From the IMG/VR virus record IMGVR_UViG_3300012952_000114, positions 1 through 26,319 of that record: a stretch of 26,319 nucleotides of DNA; one strand, given 5' to 3'. This document shows positions 8,716 to 16,930 of the stretch, piece after piece. The translations under genes and the position numbers were made by a program. Source of the stretch: a virus (taxonomy: Duplodnaviria; Caudoviricetes). The notes under the pieces are model-generated. The model saw only the letters and a list, made by a program, of their open reading frames with translations. It searched no databases and was not told the DNA's origin. Position 1 is the stretch's first letter, and each line of letters begins with the position of its first letter.

Positions 8716-10233
8716 CTACTGTTTATCTTTTTGATTCTGTTGTTGTCTAAAACTTGCAAGTCTTTCAACTTCTGCCTTTTTAACTTTAGGTAGTAGTCTT
8801 TTAGCAAGTTTTGCTATTGCACCCTTCTTTTTATCAAGTTTTTTACCGATTGCTATCCTAGCACCGACTGATAAATCACCTGCTGATTTACCCCCAGACA
8901 TCTTTTTAAAGAGTATTGACCTTGCTTGTTTGTTTGCTTTAGTCTTCAATGCTCTTGGGTCTTTCATTCTTTTCTTTTTACGAGCTTTAGTTCTTGCAAT
9001 TTTCTTTGCAAGTCTTTTCATTCTCATACCAATTGCTCGTCTTTGTTGCATGTTAAGTACTTCAAGTTGTAGTTGTCTTGTCAATTCACTTTCAAATCTA
9101 CCTTCTGCAACCTTATGTTGTTTCTTTGCCATATTCATTGCAGTTCCATGCATGACTTCATCTGCTTTGTCTTTACCATACTCTGTTTCAAAGTAATCTC
9201 TTTTCTTTTTGAGGTCTTTATAAATCTTTTCTTTTGTAGCTAATACTGCATCTGATACTTCTTTTTTGTAACCATCTTTATCATACTTACCAGATTTTTT
9301 CTTTGCAATTGCAATTGCAGCTCGTTGAGCAGGACTTACACCTTTACCTTCATCTTGTTGTGCATCACTATCACGATTCTTAAGTCTAGTTAACCTTAGT
9401 CTATCTCTATCCTTTTCTCTATCGTGTTTGTCCTTTAATTGTTCTTTTTCTCTTTCTTGTTTATCTTTTAATGCATCTGTCACTCTATCTTCTTCTAATC
9501 TTTTTTCCATCTCTGCTGGATGTTCGTAGGCAGCTGCAAGTGCAACATTCTTCATAGGTTTCATAGTCAATGCAGTCTTCCATGCTTGTGCCATTTTATT
9601 ATCTGGGAAAGACTTTACGAATCCTCTGAGTCTAGGGAAGATTTTAGTTGTGTTCTTTTCTGCATCTTTTAAATCACCATCATTGTCTACAATAAAGAAG
9701 TTTGCACGACCAAATGCATTCTGGAATTTACCCATTACTTTTCTGACTTGTGCATGATTGTCTTGTACAATCTTATCTGGAATACTTCTTTCTCTTGCTC
9801 TGTTTCTATCTAATGCAGTTTCTAAAGAAGTATTTACGAATACCATTGCAGTTTCATAACCGAGTTTTTCTAATAAGACTTTTTGTTGTAATAATTTCTT
9901 GACATCTCTTGCAGTTGAATCTATAACTAAACCCATGCGACCTTTGACTAACATATCTTGTCGTTTTGCAGTCATAGCTTTTGCATGAACTCTGATTGCA
10001 TCTCTTTGTTCTTCTTCATCCTCTGGCATCTTAAGTGAAAGACCTGCTTTCTTAAGACCAGTTTCAAATGATTGGTCTGAGTTTACTGGTCGTAAACCCA
10101 TAGATTGAAAACCTAATTTTTTTGCAATAAGTGATTTACCACTGCCAGGCCCACCTGCCATAAAGACAGCTTTGAAAATGCCTGGGTCATTTATCCCCTC
10201 ATTAAGTGATGCGTATGTCTCTTCCAATGTCAT
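8716..10233 (-). CDS. P-loop kinase (PNK/AAA_33/zeta-like) fused to Lys/Arg-rich C-terminal modules
   Basis: Walker A MAGGPGSGKS, NSD, LVIDST and lid RNRARER as in T4 Pnk-type kinases. The C-terminal half is highly basic. Confidence 0.8.
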   Translation of the reverse strand: MTLEETYASLNEGINDPGIFKAVFMAGGPGSGKSLIAKKLGFQSMGLRPVNSDQSFETGLKKAGLSLKMPEDEEEQRDAIRVHAKAMTAKRQDMLVKGRMGLVIDSTARDVKKLLQQKVLLEKLGYETAMVFVNTSLETALDRNRARERSIPDKIVQDNHAQVRKVMGKFQNAFGRANFFIVDNDGDLKDAEKNTTKIFPRLRGFVKSFPDNKMAQAWKTALTMKPMKNVALAAAYEHPAEMEKRLEEDRVTDALKDKQEREKEQLKDKHDREKDRDRLRLTRLKNRDSDAQQDEGKGVSPAQRAAIAIAKKKSGKYDKDGYKKEVSDAVLATKEKIYKDLKKKRDYFETEYGKDKADEVMHGTAMNMAKKQHKVAEGRFESELTRQLQLEVLNMQQRRAIGMRMKRLAKKIARTKARKKKRMKDPRALKTKANKQARSILFKKMSGGKSAGDLSVGARIAIGKKLDKKKGAIAKLAKRLLPKVKKAEVERLASFRQQQNQKDKQ

Positions 10234-10858
10234 TTCTTATGTACTCTGGTATATGATGAAACTCTTCTGCGAGTCCCATTCCTTTTCTAACTGATTTATA
10301 CAGTTGTTTTCCTTGTCTAAAAGTTCTTGGTAATGCAGAAGTAAATCCCTTCTCATCACCATCGAAAGCCATTGCTCTCATCTTAGATGCAGACATACCA
10401 GATATGTCATCTGCATCTGGGTCTCTTTCACCTGCTGATACCAATTTGATATCTTTAAAGTTGTAGAAACCATGTCTACCTTTTATACCATTGTATTTTG
10501 TAAGTAGACTTTCAAATTCTCTTAGTCTATCTGAACCAGCAACCATTTTAATACTTCTGTATCCTTGGTCATACAAGTCAACAACTACATCAAATACTGT
10601 TCTAGAATTAGATGTAGAAACTGTTACTTTTGCTGTTCTAAACAAGAGTTTCATGAACTTTGTTTTGGTTCTATAATCTAGTGGATTCTTCTTTGGGTCT
10701 TGACTATGACTTGTATAGATGAATCCATCATCTGAACCAGCAACCTGTTTCACTTTCATTGCAAGTTTGAGATGTCCAGCAGTCGGTGGATTAAACCTAC
10801 CAAATGCAAACACAGCAGTTTGTGATTTTATCTCAACTATGTCTCTGAAAGATTTCAT
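10202..10858 (-). CDS. HIGH-superfamily nucleotidyltransferase (cytidylyltransferase/NMNAT-like)
   Basis: FAFGRFNPPTAGH (HIGH-like), MVAGSDR and SASKMR motifs. Capsid-targeting-like start MKSFRDIVE. Confidence 0.88.
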   Translation of the reverse strand: MKSFRDIVEIKSQTAVFAFGRFNPPTAGHLKLAMKVKQVAGSDDGFIYTSHSQDPKKNPLDYRTKTKFMKLLFRTAKVTVSTSNSRTVFDVVVDLYDQGYRSIKMVAGSDRLREFESLLTKYNGIKGRHGFYNFKDIKLVSAGERDPDADDISGMSASKMRAMAFDGDEKGFTSALPRTFRQGKQLYKSVRKGMGLAEEFHHIPEYIRNDIGRDIRIT

Positions 10859-10863
10859 ACTAG

Positions 10864-10871
10864 TATTTATG
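10864..10871 (-). promoter_or_regulatory. Late promoter variant CATAAATA, leaderless geometry
   Basis: CATAAATA-CTAGT-ATG with no SD before the nucleotidyltransferase. Confidence 0.65.
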
Positions 10872-12015
10872 TATTTTCAAACTTCTGTTCGTTCATATTT
10901 ATCTGAATAGTGTCTAATGCAACAAAATCATTACACTTTTCCCACCACTCTTTTAAATCTTCATCTGCTTGTAACTCTGAGATTACATGTTGTCTTATAT
11001 GTGGTGTAACATTCATATGAGTATGAGAATGCATGTTTCCAGAGTCACCTTCTTGGAATTTAACTCTAACTTCATCATTAACAAAACCTAATTCAACCAT
11101 TGCACCAATAACACCACTATTTTTATGCATAGAATCATGGTCTACAATCATTCTTCCATCATCTTCTCTTTTAAAAGAAATACCATGTTTGTAATCGATG
11201 AATTTGTCGTATGTTTCAAACATACTTTTACCATCCCATAAAGGTCTTGACAAGATGAATGTATGATTCATTTGTTGTCCATCTAAACCACCTAACAATA
11301 ACCACTCTGGGTCTGTAAAATATAAAAGTCTTTTTGCAGAATTATAATATTTTTCCCATCCTTCTTCTGAGTTTGCAATACTATCGTATAACCAAGGAGA
11401 ACCAATACCATTATCCATCTCAGTTATTAAACCAGATATAAATCTATCCCAAGGGTCTCTAATCAAAAGATATGATGTCCAATCTTCAAATAATGGTAAG
11501 GTTTGAAAAGGTGGAGTCAACTCATTATCACGATTAAAATATTGGTCACTTATACTAGCTGCATAGTCCCATTGATTGTACTCACCAAATGTGTCTATAC
11601 AATCTTGACTACCTTTTATGATTAATTCTGCATTAGCAGTATGACCATTTGTACTATTGTGATGTCCTTGTATTTCTGAAATAAGTACTTTTCTTCCATT
11701 CTTTTTATAAATTGATTCAATTAAACTTTTATATTCATCATCATTTAACCATGTTCTAGGGTCACGATTATCATCTTCAATCCATACCCAATCATCATCA
11801 AACATTTCATTTTGATAATTAAAGTAAAATCTAATTGATGAATGACCTACCTTACGAGGTGCAGTGAGGATTACTTTTCTTTTTTTAGATATGAATGTTG
11901 GATGACATCTTTCCCAACATGATACACCATCGAAGTGAGGAATAACGATTCTACCATCTATTTCAAATTGATTTTTATCGTTCCAAGTTGCAAATTTCTT
12001 TAACGAGTTTGCCAT
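10867..12015 (-). CDS. Sulfotransferase-like protein (Sulfotransfer_2 type)
   Basis: 5'-PSB-like APRKVGHSSI and 3'-PB-like LIRDPWDRFISG PAPS-binding motifs. GGAG SD. Confidence 0.7.
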   Translation of the reverse strand: MANSLKKFATWNDKNQFEIDGRIVIPHFDGVSCWERCHPTFISKKRKVILTAPRKVGHSSIRFYFNYQNEMFDDDWVWIEDDNRDPRTWLNDDEYKSLIESIYKKNGRKVLISEIQGHHNSTNGHTANAELIIKGSQDCIDTFGEYNQWDYAASISDQYFNRDNELTPPFQTLPLFEDWTSYLLIRDPWDRFISGLITEMDNGIGSPWLYDSIANSEEGWEKYYNSAKRLLYFTDPEWLLLGGLDGQQMNHTFILSRPLWDGKSMFETYDKFIDYKHGISFKREDDGRMIVDHDSMHKNSGVIGAMVELGFVNDEVRVKFQEGDSGNMHSHTHMNVTPHIRQHVISELQADEDLKEWWEKCNDFVALDTIQINMNEQKFENT

Positions 12016-12031
12016 AATATATCTCCATAAT

Positions 12032-13243
12032 TTATTTGTCCCAGTCTTTTTGTACTGTAAAGTTATTTAGTGAGAACTCCATTCGGTCTACTAACTTTAC
12101 TGCACCACCAAGATTATTATCAATTGCAACAAAACCTTCTGGTGCAACGACATCAAAACCATTACCTTTTTTAACAAACATTGCAGTCATCTGACTTGCT
12201 TTGTTTACTTTAGTAAGTATTTTTATTTTTGCATAATTTATTAATGCTTGAAACTCTACTAAAGTTTTGAGTAATAGTAAATTTTTTCTAACTTCTGTTA
12301 GAAGAATGTTCTTGTTTTTTTGTTTTGTCTTTTTTGCAGAATCAGATTTAAGTTTTCCAATCTGTGTATCCATTTTATCTTCGACAAATTTTAGATATCC
12401 ATCTGCATGATTCTTGTAGTTTAGTCGTAGAAAGTTTGTTCCTTCTCTGACTTTACTGTTGTGATAAGTTTTGTAAGTTAATCCAGCATCAATTTTATTT
12501 TGCATATCTAAAAACTTTTTAAGTTGTGGTGCTTTTATCTTCTGGAAAACTTTACCTGTTCTGGACATTAATCTGGTTATTTCTGCACTATCTTTTTGTG
12601 TAAAGGTTGCAGTTCCAGATACATCATTGTATTCTGCATCATCCATCCATACCTTAGATGTTTTCTTAAGACCTTTTATGTTTGCACCAAAAGATGCTTT
12701 TAAATTCATCAATGAATCCCCAGTATATGTGGTATGGAATACAATACCTACCTGTGCAGCTCTCATTGTAGATGCAAGTTTAGATGTAGAAGGAACTGCA
12801 TACATGATAGTATTGGGTTGAAATGTTTCATATGATTCACCATTGATATCTTGTTTTTCCAAGTCACCTTTAGTAAACATTAAGTCACCTTGAAGTATAT
12901 CTGTGATACCAATATTTTTTAAATTTTTATAACATGCTTTAAATTTATCTGCAAGTTGTCCATCTAAATCTGCATCAATCTCTGCAATTGATGTATAGAA
13001 CTTTGGTGTTTTGTTAAATAAACTTTTCTTTGCAACAAAAAACTTACCTGTCTCTGGGTCATTACCACAAAAGATTGCTGGAGCTCCATCCCACTTTACA
13101 GTGACATTAACACTTCTTTTACTTCCAGATACTAACATATCACGAAGTGACCTTATAAAATTTATAGATGCACGACCACCTTCAATACCACTATTGAATA
13201 TTTCGTCTTCTATATGTTCTAAATGTACATTTGGACTTGGCAT
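12032..13243 (-). CDS. Ligase/capping-superfamily nucleotidyltransferase-like protein, conserved in marine T4-like phages
   Basis: Motif I TVKWDG (KxDG), motif III LQGDL, motif IV PEGFV and motif V VKLV. N-terminal HLEHIED. Confidence 0.65.
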   Translation of the reverse strand: MPSPNVHLEHIEDEIFNSGIEGGRASINFIRSLRDMLVSGSKRSVNVTVKWDGAPAIFCGNDPETGKFFVAKKSLFNKTPKFYTSIAEIDADLDGQLADKFKACYKNLKNIGITDILQGDLMFTKGDLEKQDINGESYETFQPNTIMYAVPSTSKLASTMRAAQVGIVFHTTYTGDSLMNLKASFGANIKGLKKTSKVWMDDAEYNDVSGTATFTQKDSAEITRLMSRTGKVFQKIKAPQLKKFLDMQNKIDAGLTYKTYHNSKVREGTNFLRLNYKNHADGYLKFVEDKMDTQIGKLKSDSAKKTKQKNKNILLTEVRKNLLLLKTLVEFQALINYAKIKILTKVNKASQMTAMFVKKGNGFDVVAPEGFVAIDNNLGGAVKLVDRMEFSLNNFTVQKDWDK

Positions 13244-15351
13244 TATACTAGTGGGAATGATTTTGCAGATGATGTTATTTTAATATTTTGGACTTCTAAT
13301 CCAAAAAAGTTTAACAATGCATTGAACATTCCTCTCCCTAAATCTTTAATCTTTTTAAATACTGCTTTGACTCTTTTCATAATTGCATTTAAGATTTTCT
13401 TTGCTTGATTCTTTATTGCAGAACCAACATCTTTAACCTTTTGCACTAGTCTACTGAACATCTGAAATTCGTCTAGTTGTTCTATCTTACCTTCATGTAA
13501 AAGTTGCATTCCTATTCTTTCATTCTGTAATTCTTCTTTTACAATTTGTTTGAAGTTTACTTTACCACTTCTCATAGAAAGATAAGGTTTAGAACCACCA
13601 CCACCTGTTTTAAATGATACATAGAACTTATTTGTTTGTGCAAGAACTTTTGCATCCGATGGTTTATTCATAGGAAGGTGTTTAGTAATTGTTCCATTGT
13701 CTGCATTAAACTCTACTAATTCATTTGCAACTGCAAGTGGTTCTGCAAATTTTCCTACTCCAGTTGCAGCTTCATAACAGAAGAATTGTTTGAAATCTAA
13801 ACTTTCAAATAAAGAATTCATTTCAGCAGTTAGTTCTTTTGCAGTAAATTGTAGGTTTTCCATTTGTTCTATACTTTTCTTTTGTGTTGGTGTTAAAGGT
13901 TTACCACTATCTCTAAGTTTTTCTAATGCACCTATAGTTCCTTTTTCATTCATTTCACCCATTTTCTTTTCTAGATTATCAATAACACTCTTAACTTGTC
14001 TAGGTGAATTATCTCCCATCATTGACATTGCAGACTCAAATGTTGATATTGTTTCTTCTTTTTTACCAGACATCAACTGTGAACCACCTGCTTTCTTTAA
14101 AGATATTTTTCTTTTTCTTTTATTACCAAGTAAATCTGTTTTAGGTGTTTTGTTTTTACCTTTCCATTTTGGATTTAGTTTTGCAGTAGAAGCTCCAAAT
14201 TGTTCTAAATCTTTTATTCCTAATTTCTTTTTGAATGTTTTTCCAAGTTTAACTGCATCCTCACCATAGTTTGCCCAAAACTTTTCTGCTCTATCCCACT
14301 CTGCACCTTCTTGTTTATCATTGACTGCAACTGCAATTAAAGCTTCCCAATCTTCTCCTGCTGGTGTTGGATTTCCATCTGGTAATCTAGTAAAGTAAGA
14401 ACCATAAGAACTTGCAGTACCAGCTAAAGTTATTGATTTACCATCTGGTGCTTTAAGTTGTTTCCTTGCATCACCTGTTCCTATATCTACTGGTAAATCT
14501 TTATCATCTTCAACTTCGAACACATCACCAGACTTGTATCCCAATGAATTAAGTTTACCCCATTTACCATTGTATAAAAATTGAAATCCTGTTTTATACT
14601 TTCCTTGCATTACAGATGCTTCACTTAAGTTTGAAATACCATCAAAGTGTACTTTAGACTCTTTTAAACCTAATGCATCCTTATAATGTGAATAAAATGC
14701 ACCTGCGAGTTGATGTCCAAACTCTGTATCCGAAGGATAGTGAACTCCAGCAATCTGTCTAGAGCTTCCTATATCGTCTCCTATCTTTTTGATATTACCT
14801 TTGTGTTCAAATGGTACTTTGTCTACAAGAAATAAACTTATAAATCTACCTTCTGTTGCATGACCAGATGGATATGATGGTGTTTCTGCTGTCTTTAGTG
14901 GATAAACATTAAAGTTTGATTGACGAAAGAATGTAAGTACTTTTGATAGTTTTTGTGGTCTTGGTCTATTATAATGTAGTTTAAGTTGTAGTACAATAGG
15001 TGCAAACTGGTCTCTTAATAACCTACATTCTTCTAAATCTTTTAGTGGTAAGTCGTGTTTTTTGTAGTAATCTTTAAATGGTTTAAATAGTTTAGTATCA
15101 ACCATATCCATAAATTCCTTTGCATTATCACGATATACTTCATAAGATTGTAATATTTTAAGTTCTTGTTTCGTAATTATAGATGAATTAGAAGGTGGAT
15201 TATAGTCTGTCCATTGGTCTACTGGGAATTCTTTAAAGATACCTCTATCGTTTCCAAGTTGTTTTTTCCTTTTAGAAGTCATTGGCATATCATGACCAAG
15301 GGAATCAATTGGAGAGTTATCTTCTTTTAGGTGTTCGTAAAATGTTTGCAT
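13243..15351 (-). CDS. PAP2/acid phosphatase domain fused to PD-(D/E)xK nuclease-like domain; putative capsid cargo
   Basis: PAP2 motifs KLHYNRPRP, PSYPSGH and SRQIAGVHYPSD. C-terminal WEALI..TPKTDL..ISLKK. Start reassigned from 15405 to 15351 (MQTFYEHLKE) because 15405 lies upstream of the terminator and promoter. Confidence 0.75.
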   Translation of the reverse strand: MQTFYEHLKEDNSPIDSLGHDMPMTSKRKKQLGNDRGIFKEFPVDQWTDYNPPSNSSIITKQELKILQSYEVYRDNAKEFMDMVDTKLFKPFKDYYKKHDLPLKDLEECRLLRDQFAPIVLQLKLHYNRPRPQKLSKVLTFFRQSNFNVYPLKTAETPSYPSGHATEGRFISLFLVDKVPFEHKGNIKKIGDDIGSSRQIAGVHYPSDTEFGHQLAGAFYSHYKDALGLKESKVHFDGISNLSEASVMQGKYKTGFQFLYNGKWGKLNSLGYKSGDVFEVEDDKDLPVDIGTGDARKQLKAPDGKSITLAGTASSYGSYFTRLPDGNPTPAGEDWEALIAVAVNDKQEGAEWDRAEKFWANYGEDAVKLGKTFKKKLGIKDLEQFGASTAKLNPKWKGKNKTPKTDLLGNKRKRKISLKKAGGSQLMSGKKEETISTFESAMSMMGDNSPRQVKSVIDNLEKKMGEMNEKGTIGALEKLRDSGKPLTPTQKKSIEQMENLQFTAKELTAEMNSLFESLDFKQFFCYEAATGVGKFAEPLAVANELVEFNADNGTITKHLPMNKPSDAKVLAQTNKFYVSFKTGGGGSKPYLSMRSGKVNFKQIVKEELQNERIGMQLLHEGKIEQLDEFQMFSRLVQKVKDVGSAIKNQAKKILNAIMKRVKAVFKKIKDLGRGMFNALLNFFGLEVQNIKITSSAKSFPLV

Positions 15352-15356
15352 AATAC

Positions 15357-15364
15357 TATTTATG
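15357..15364 (-). promoter_or_regulatory. Late promoter variant CATAAATA, leaderless geometry
   Basis: CATAAATA-GTATT-ATG immediately after a terminator, with no SD. Confidence 0.7.
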
Positions 15365-15369
15365 TAAAT

Positions 15370-15397
15370 AAAAAAGGGAACAATGCATTGTTCCCTT
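15370..15397 (-). terminator. Rho-independent terminator separating early/middle from late genes
   Basis: Perfect palindrome AAGGGAACAATGCATTGTTCCCTT (15374-15397) with a run of six T on the minus strand. Confidence 0.88.
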
Positions 15398-15500
15398 AGT
15401 AGCAATTTACTCTGTTAGTTATATGTGAATGTTTTCCTAACTTTATCCGAGCGGAAGGACGCTAATCGACTCTATCTATTTCCCTACGATTTCACTGGGT
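15398..15500 (-). ncRNA. Candidate structured 3'UTR/small RNA
   Basis: About 100 nt without a credible ORF, locally GC-richer, with hairpins AGCG-UCCUUC-CGCU and GUUAG..CUAAC, ending in the terminator. Confidence 0.25.
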
Positions 15501-15695
15501 TCATTTCTTTAATCTATGTTGTTTTAAAAGATTGTCGTATTCTTCAATTTGGTTTTGAAGTTTGATTTGTTTGTCTTCACTTATTTTAAGTTTTCTTAGG
15601 TGTATAAGTTCTTTCTTCAAAGTGACTTTTCTTTGAAGTATATCAACTGTTGCATTACTACTTAAAGTACCAAGCTTGTTCCCATTATCAGACAT
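15501..15695 (-). CDS. Small basic coiled-coil hypothetical protein (64 aa)
   Basis: Start reassigned to ATG (MSDNGNKL) with AGGA upstream. Helical Lys/Leu/Gln-rich sequence. Confidence 0.6.
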   Translation of the reverse strand: MSDNGNKLGTLSSNATVDILQRKVTLKKELIHLRKLKISEDKQIKLQNQIEEYDNLLKQHRLKK

Positions 15696-15814
15696 ATTGT
15701 AATCATTCCTATCAAAATGTATCGATTTCTCCTTACTCGTTTTCGATACAACAACCAAGGTAATGCATCTTCACCAACCTTGGGTATATATTTCTTATTA
15801 TAGTATTTATACAT
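15662..15814 (-). CDS. Small membrane protein (50 aa), not in ORF track
   Basis: MYKYYNKKYIPKVGEDALPWLLYRKRVRRNRYILIGMITICLIMGTSLVL: basic cluster then C-terminal hydrophobic helix. ATG overlaps the end of the HAD gene; AGGTGAG upstream. Confidence 0.65.
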   Translation of the reverse strand: MYKYYNKKYIPKVGEDALPWLLYRKRVRRNRYILIGMITICLIMGTSLVL

Positions 15815-16343
15815 TTTCAATCTCACCTTTTACTAATTTTAATGGACTTCTTAACTTTTTAAGTTCGTTAATTGTATCTCTTGCATTTTTGTGTAAGATA
15901 CCAATTCCACCTTCTGACTCCCATGCTTCAATATTTTCTGGTCTGTCATCAATCAAAACATTACCTTTTTGTGCAAAAATCTTCTTTTGATTACCACTAT
16001 AGGTGCATGTTACGACCACAAAAGGGTCTACATACTCTTTAATCCACTCTGTTTTATCATAAACTACCAACTGTCTGTTGATTGCACCAGCTGCTGTCAA
16101 AATCTCCCAGTTCAAACCAGTATGTTTGACATAACCAATTAATTCATGATAATCAACCATAGGTGGTAACTTTCTGAAACACCTTTTATCAGTTAATTCT
16201 TGTTTTCTTCTGTCATACTCAGAATGACCATAATTATCACTTCCTAAAGGATGTCCAATAAGTTCACTAATTCCTTTCTGAAAATCGACAAGGACACCAT
16301 CCATGTCAATAAAAATGTTCTTTGGTACTGTTTTATTCTCCAT
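15807..16343 (-). CDS. HAD-superfamily 5'(3')-deoxyribonucleotidase-like phosphatase
   Basis: Motif I IFIDMDGVLVDF, motif II ILT, motif III K and motif IV LIDD. Confidence 0.88.
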   Translation of the reverse strand: MENKTVPKNIFIDMDGVLVDFQKGISELIGHPLGSDNYGHSEYDRRKQELTDKRCFRKLPPMVDYHELIGYVKHTGLNWEILTAAGAINRQLVVYDKTEWIKEYVDPFVVVTCTYSGNQKKIFAQKGNVLIDDRPENIEAWESEGGIGILHKNARDTINELKKLRSPLKLVKGEIENV

Positions 16344-16542
16344 GTAAATTTCTCCAATCTTGTACAGTATAACCTGTCATGATAAACTCCCTCTCATCAT
16401 CATTAAGGTTAGGGAAGATATCTTGAATTAATCTCCTCTTTTGAGCAGGTGCATTCCACTCTGCAATTTGTTCTTGAGTAATGTCAAGATACATTTTGTT
16501 AACATTACCTGTTAGGGGACTTTTTCTTATTACTTCTACCAT
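16333..16542 (-). CDS. Conserved small phage hypothetical protein
   Basis: RKSPLTG..IQDIFPNLNDDEREFIMTG pattern recalled from diverse phages. Has its own promoter. Confidence 0.8.
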   Translation of the reverse strand: MVEVIRKSPLTGNVNKMYLDITQEQIAEWNAPAQKRRLIQDIFPNLNDDEREFIMTGYTVQDWRNLHGE

Positions 16543-16548
16543 GTTTGT

Positions 16549-16578
16549 ATTATACTAAATTATGTACCTATGAGTCAA
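16549..16578 (-). promoter_or_regulatory. Sigma70-type early promoter with GGTACAT box
   Basis: TTGACT-CATA-GGTACAT-AATTTAG-TATAAT, then 6 nt to ATG. Confidence 0.85.
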
Positions 16579-16579
16579 A

Positions 16580-16930
16580 CTACCTTAAGTAGTCTGGGCC
16601 ATAGATTCTCATTGAGTTAGGGTCAATTCTATACCCATCAAATAAGTTTCCTCTTGGTGCATTCAAAGCTGGTGTTTTCCATCCAGCAGATTTGAGAATA
16701 TCACCTTCTTTAAAAGTGATACCAGTTGCACCTTTTTGAAACTCTTTTTTGTTAATAAAACCCCATACTGAACGATGTTCACCATGTTCACAACTAATTA
16801 TACGAATGTATTTTTGACCAACTGAATAAGTATGAGAGGTTTTATCTCTAGTGTGTTCCCATCTTTCATGCATTGCTTTTGTCAAACACTCACATAATCT
16901 TTCTACTTTTTCTTTTAACTCTGGACTCAT
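16580..16930 (-). CDS. Conserved phage hypothetical protein
   Basis: GQKYIRII..SVWGFI..GDILKSAGWKTPA..RGNL pattern recalled from T4-like marine phages. TAATG coupling to the upstream gene. Confidence 0.8.
   Translation of the reverse strand: MSPELKEKVERLCECLTKAMHERWEHTRDKTSHTYSVGQKYIRIISCEHGEHRSVWGFINKKEFQKGATGITFKEGDILKSAGWKTPALNAPRGNLFDGYRIDPNSMRIYGPDYLR

Noticed and set aside
8716-10233. Zeta toxin-antitoxin system
   Set aside because: No epsilon-like antitoxin is adjacent; the motifs fit a Pnk-like kinase at least as well, and the context is late virion genes.
15352-15405. ORF-track N-terminal extension MLLREQCIVPFFIYINSI, and similar extensions at 15758, 17540, 18289 and 24203
   Set aside because: These run through terminators, promoters or upstream genes; downstream ATGs have better context.
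15718-15783. Two hairpins (CCAAGGT/ACCTTGG and TGTATCGA/TCGATACA) suggesting a riboswitch or a leader peptide MHYLGCCIENE
   Set aside because: The region is better explained as coding sequence of the 50-aa membrane protein, and no known riboswitch consensus is recognisable.
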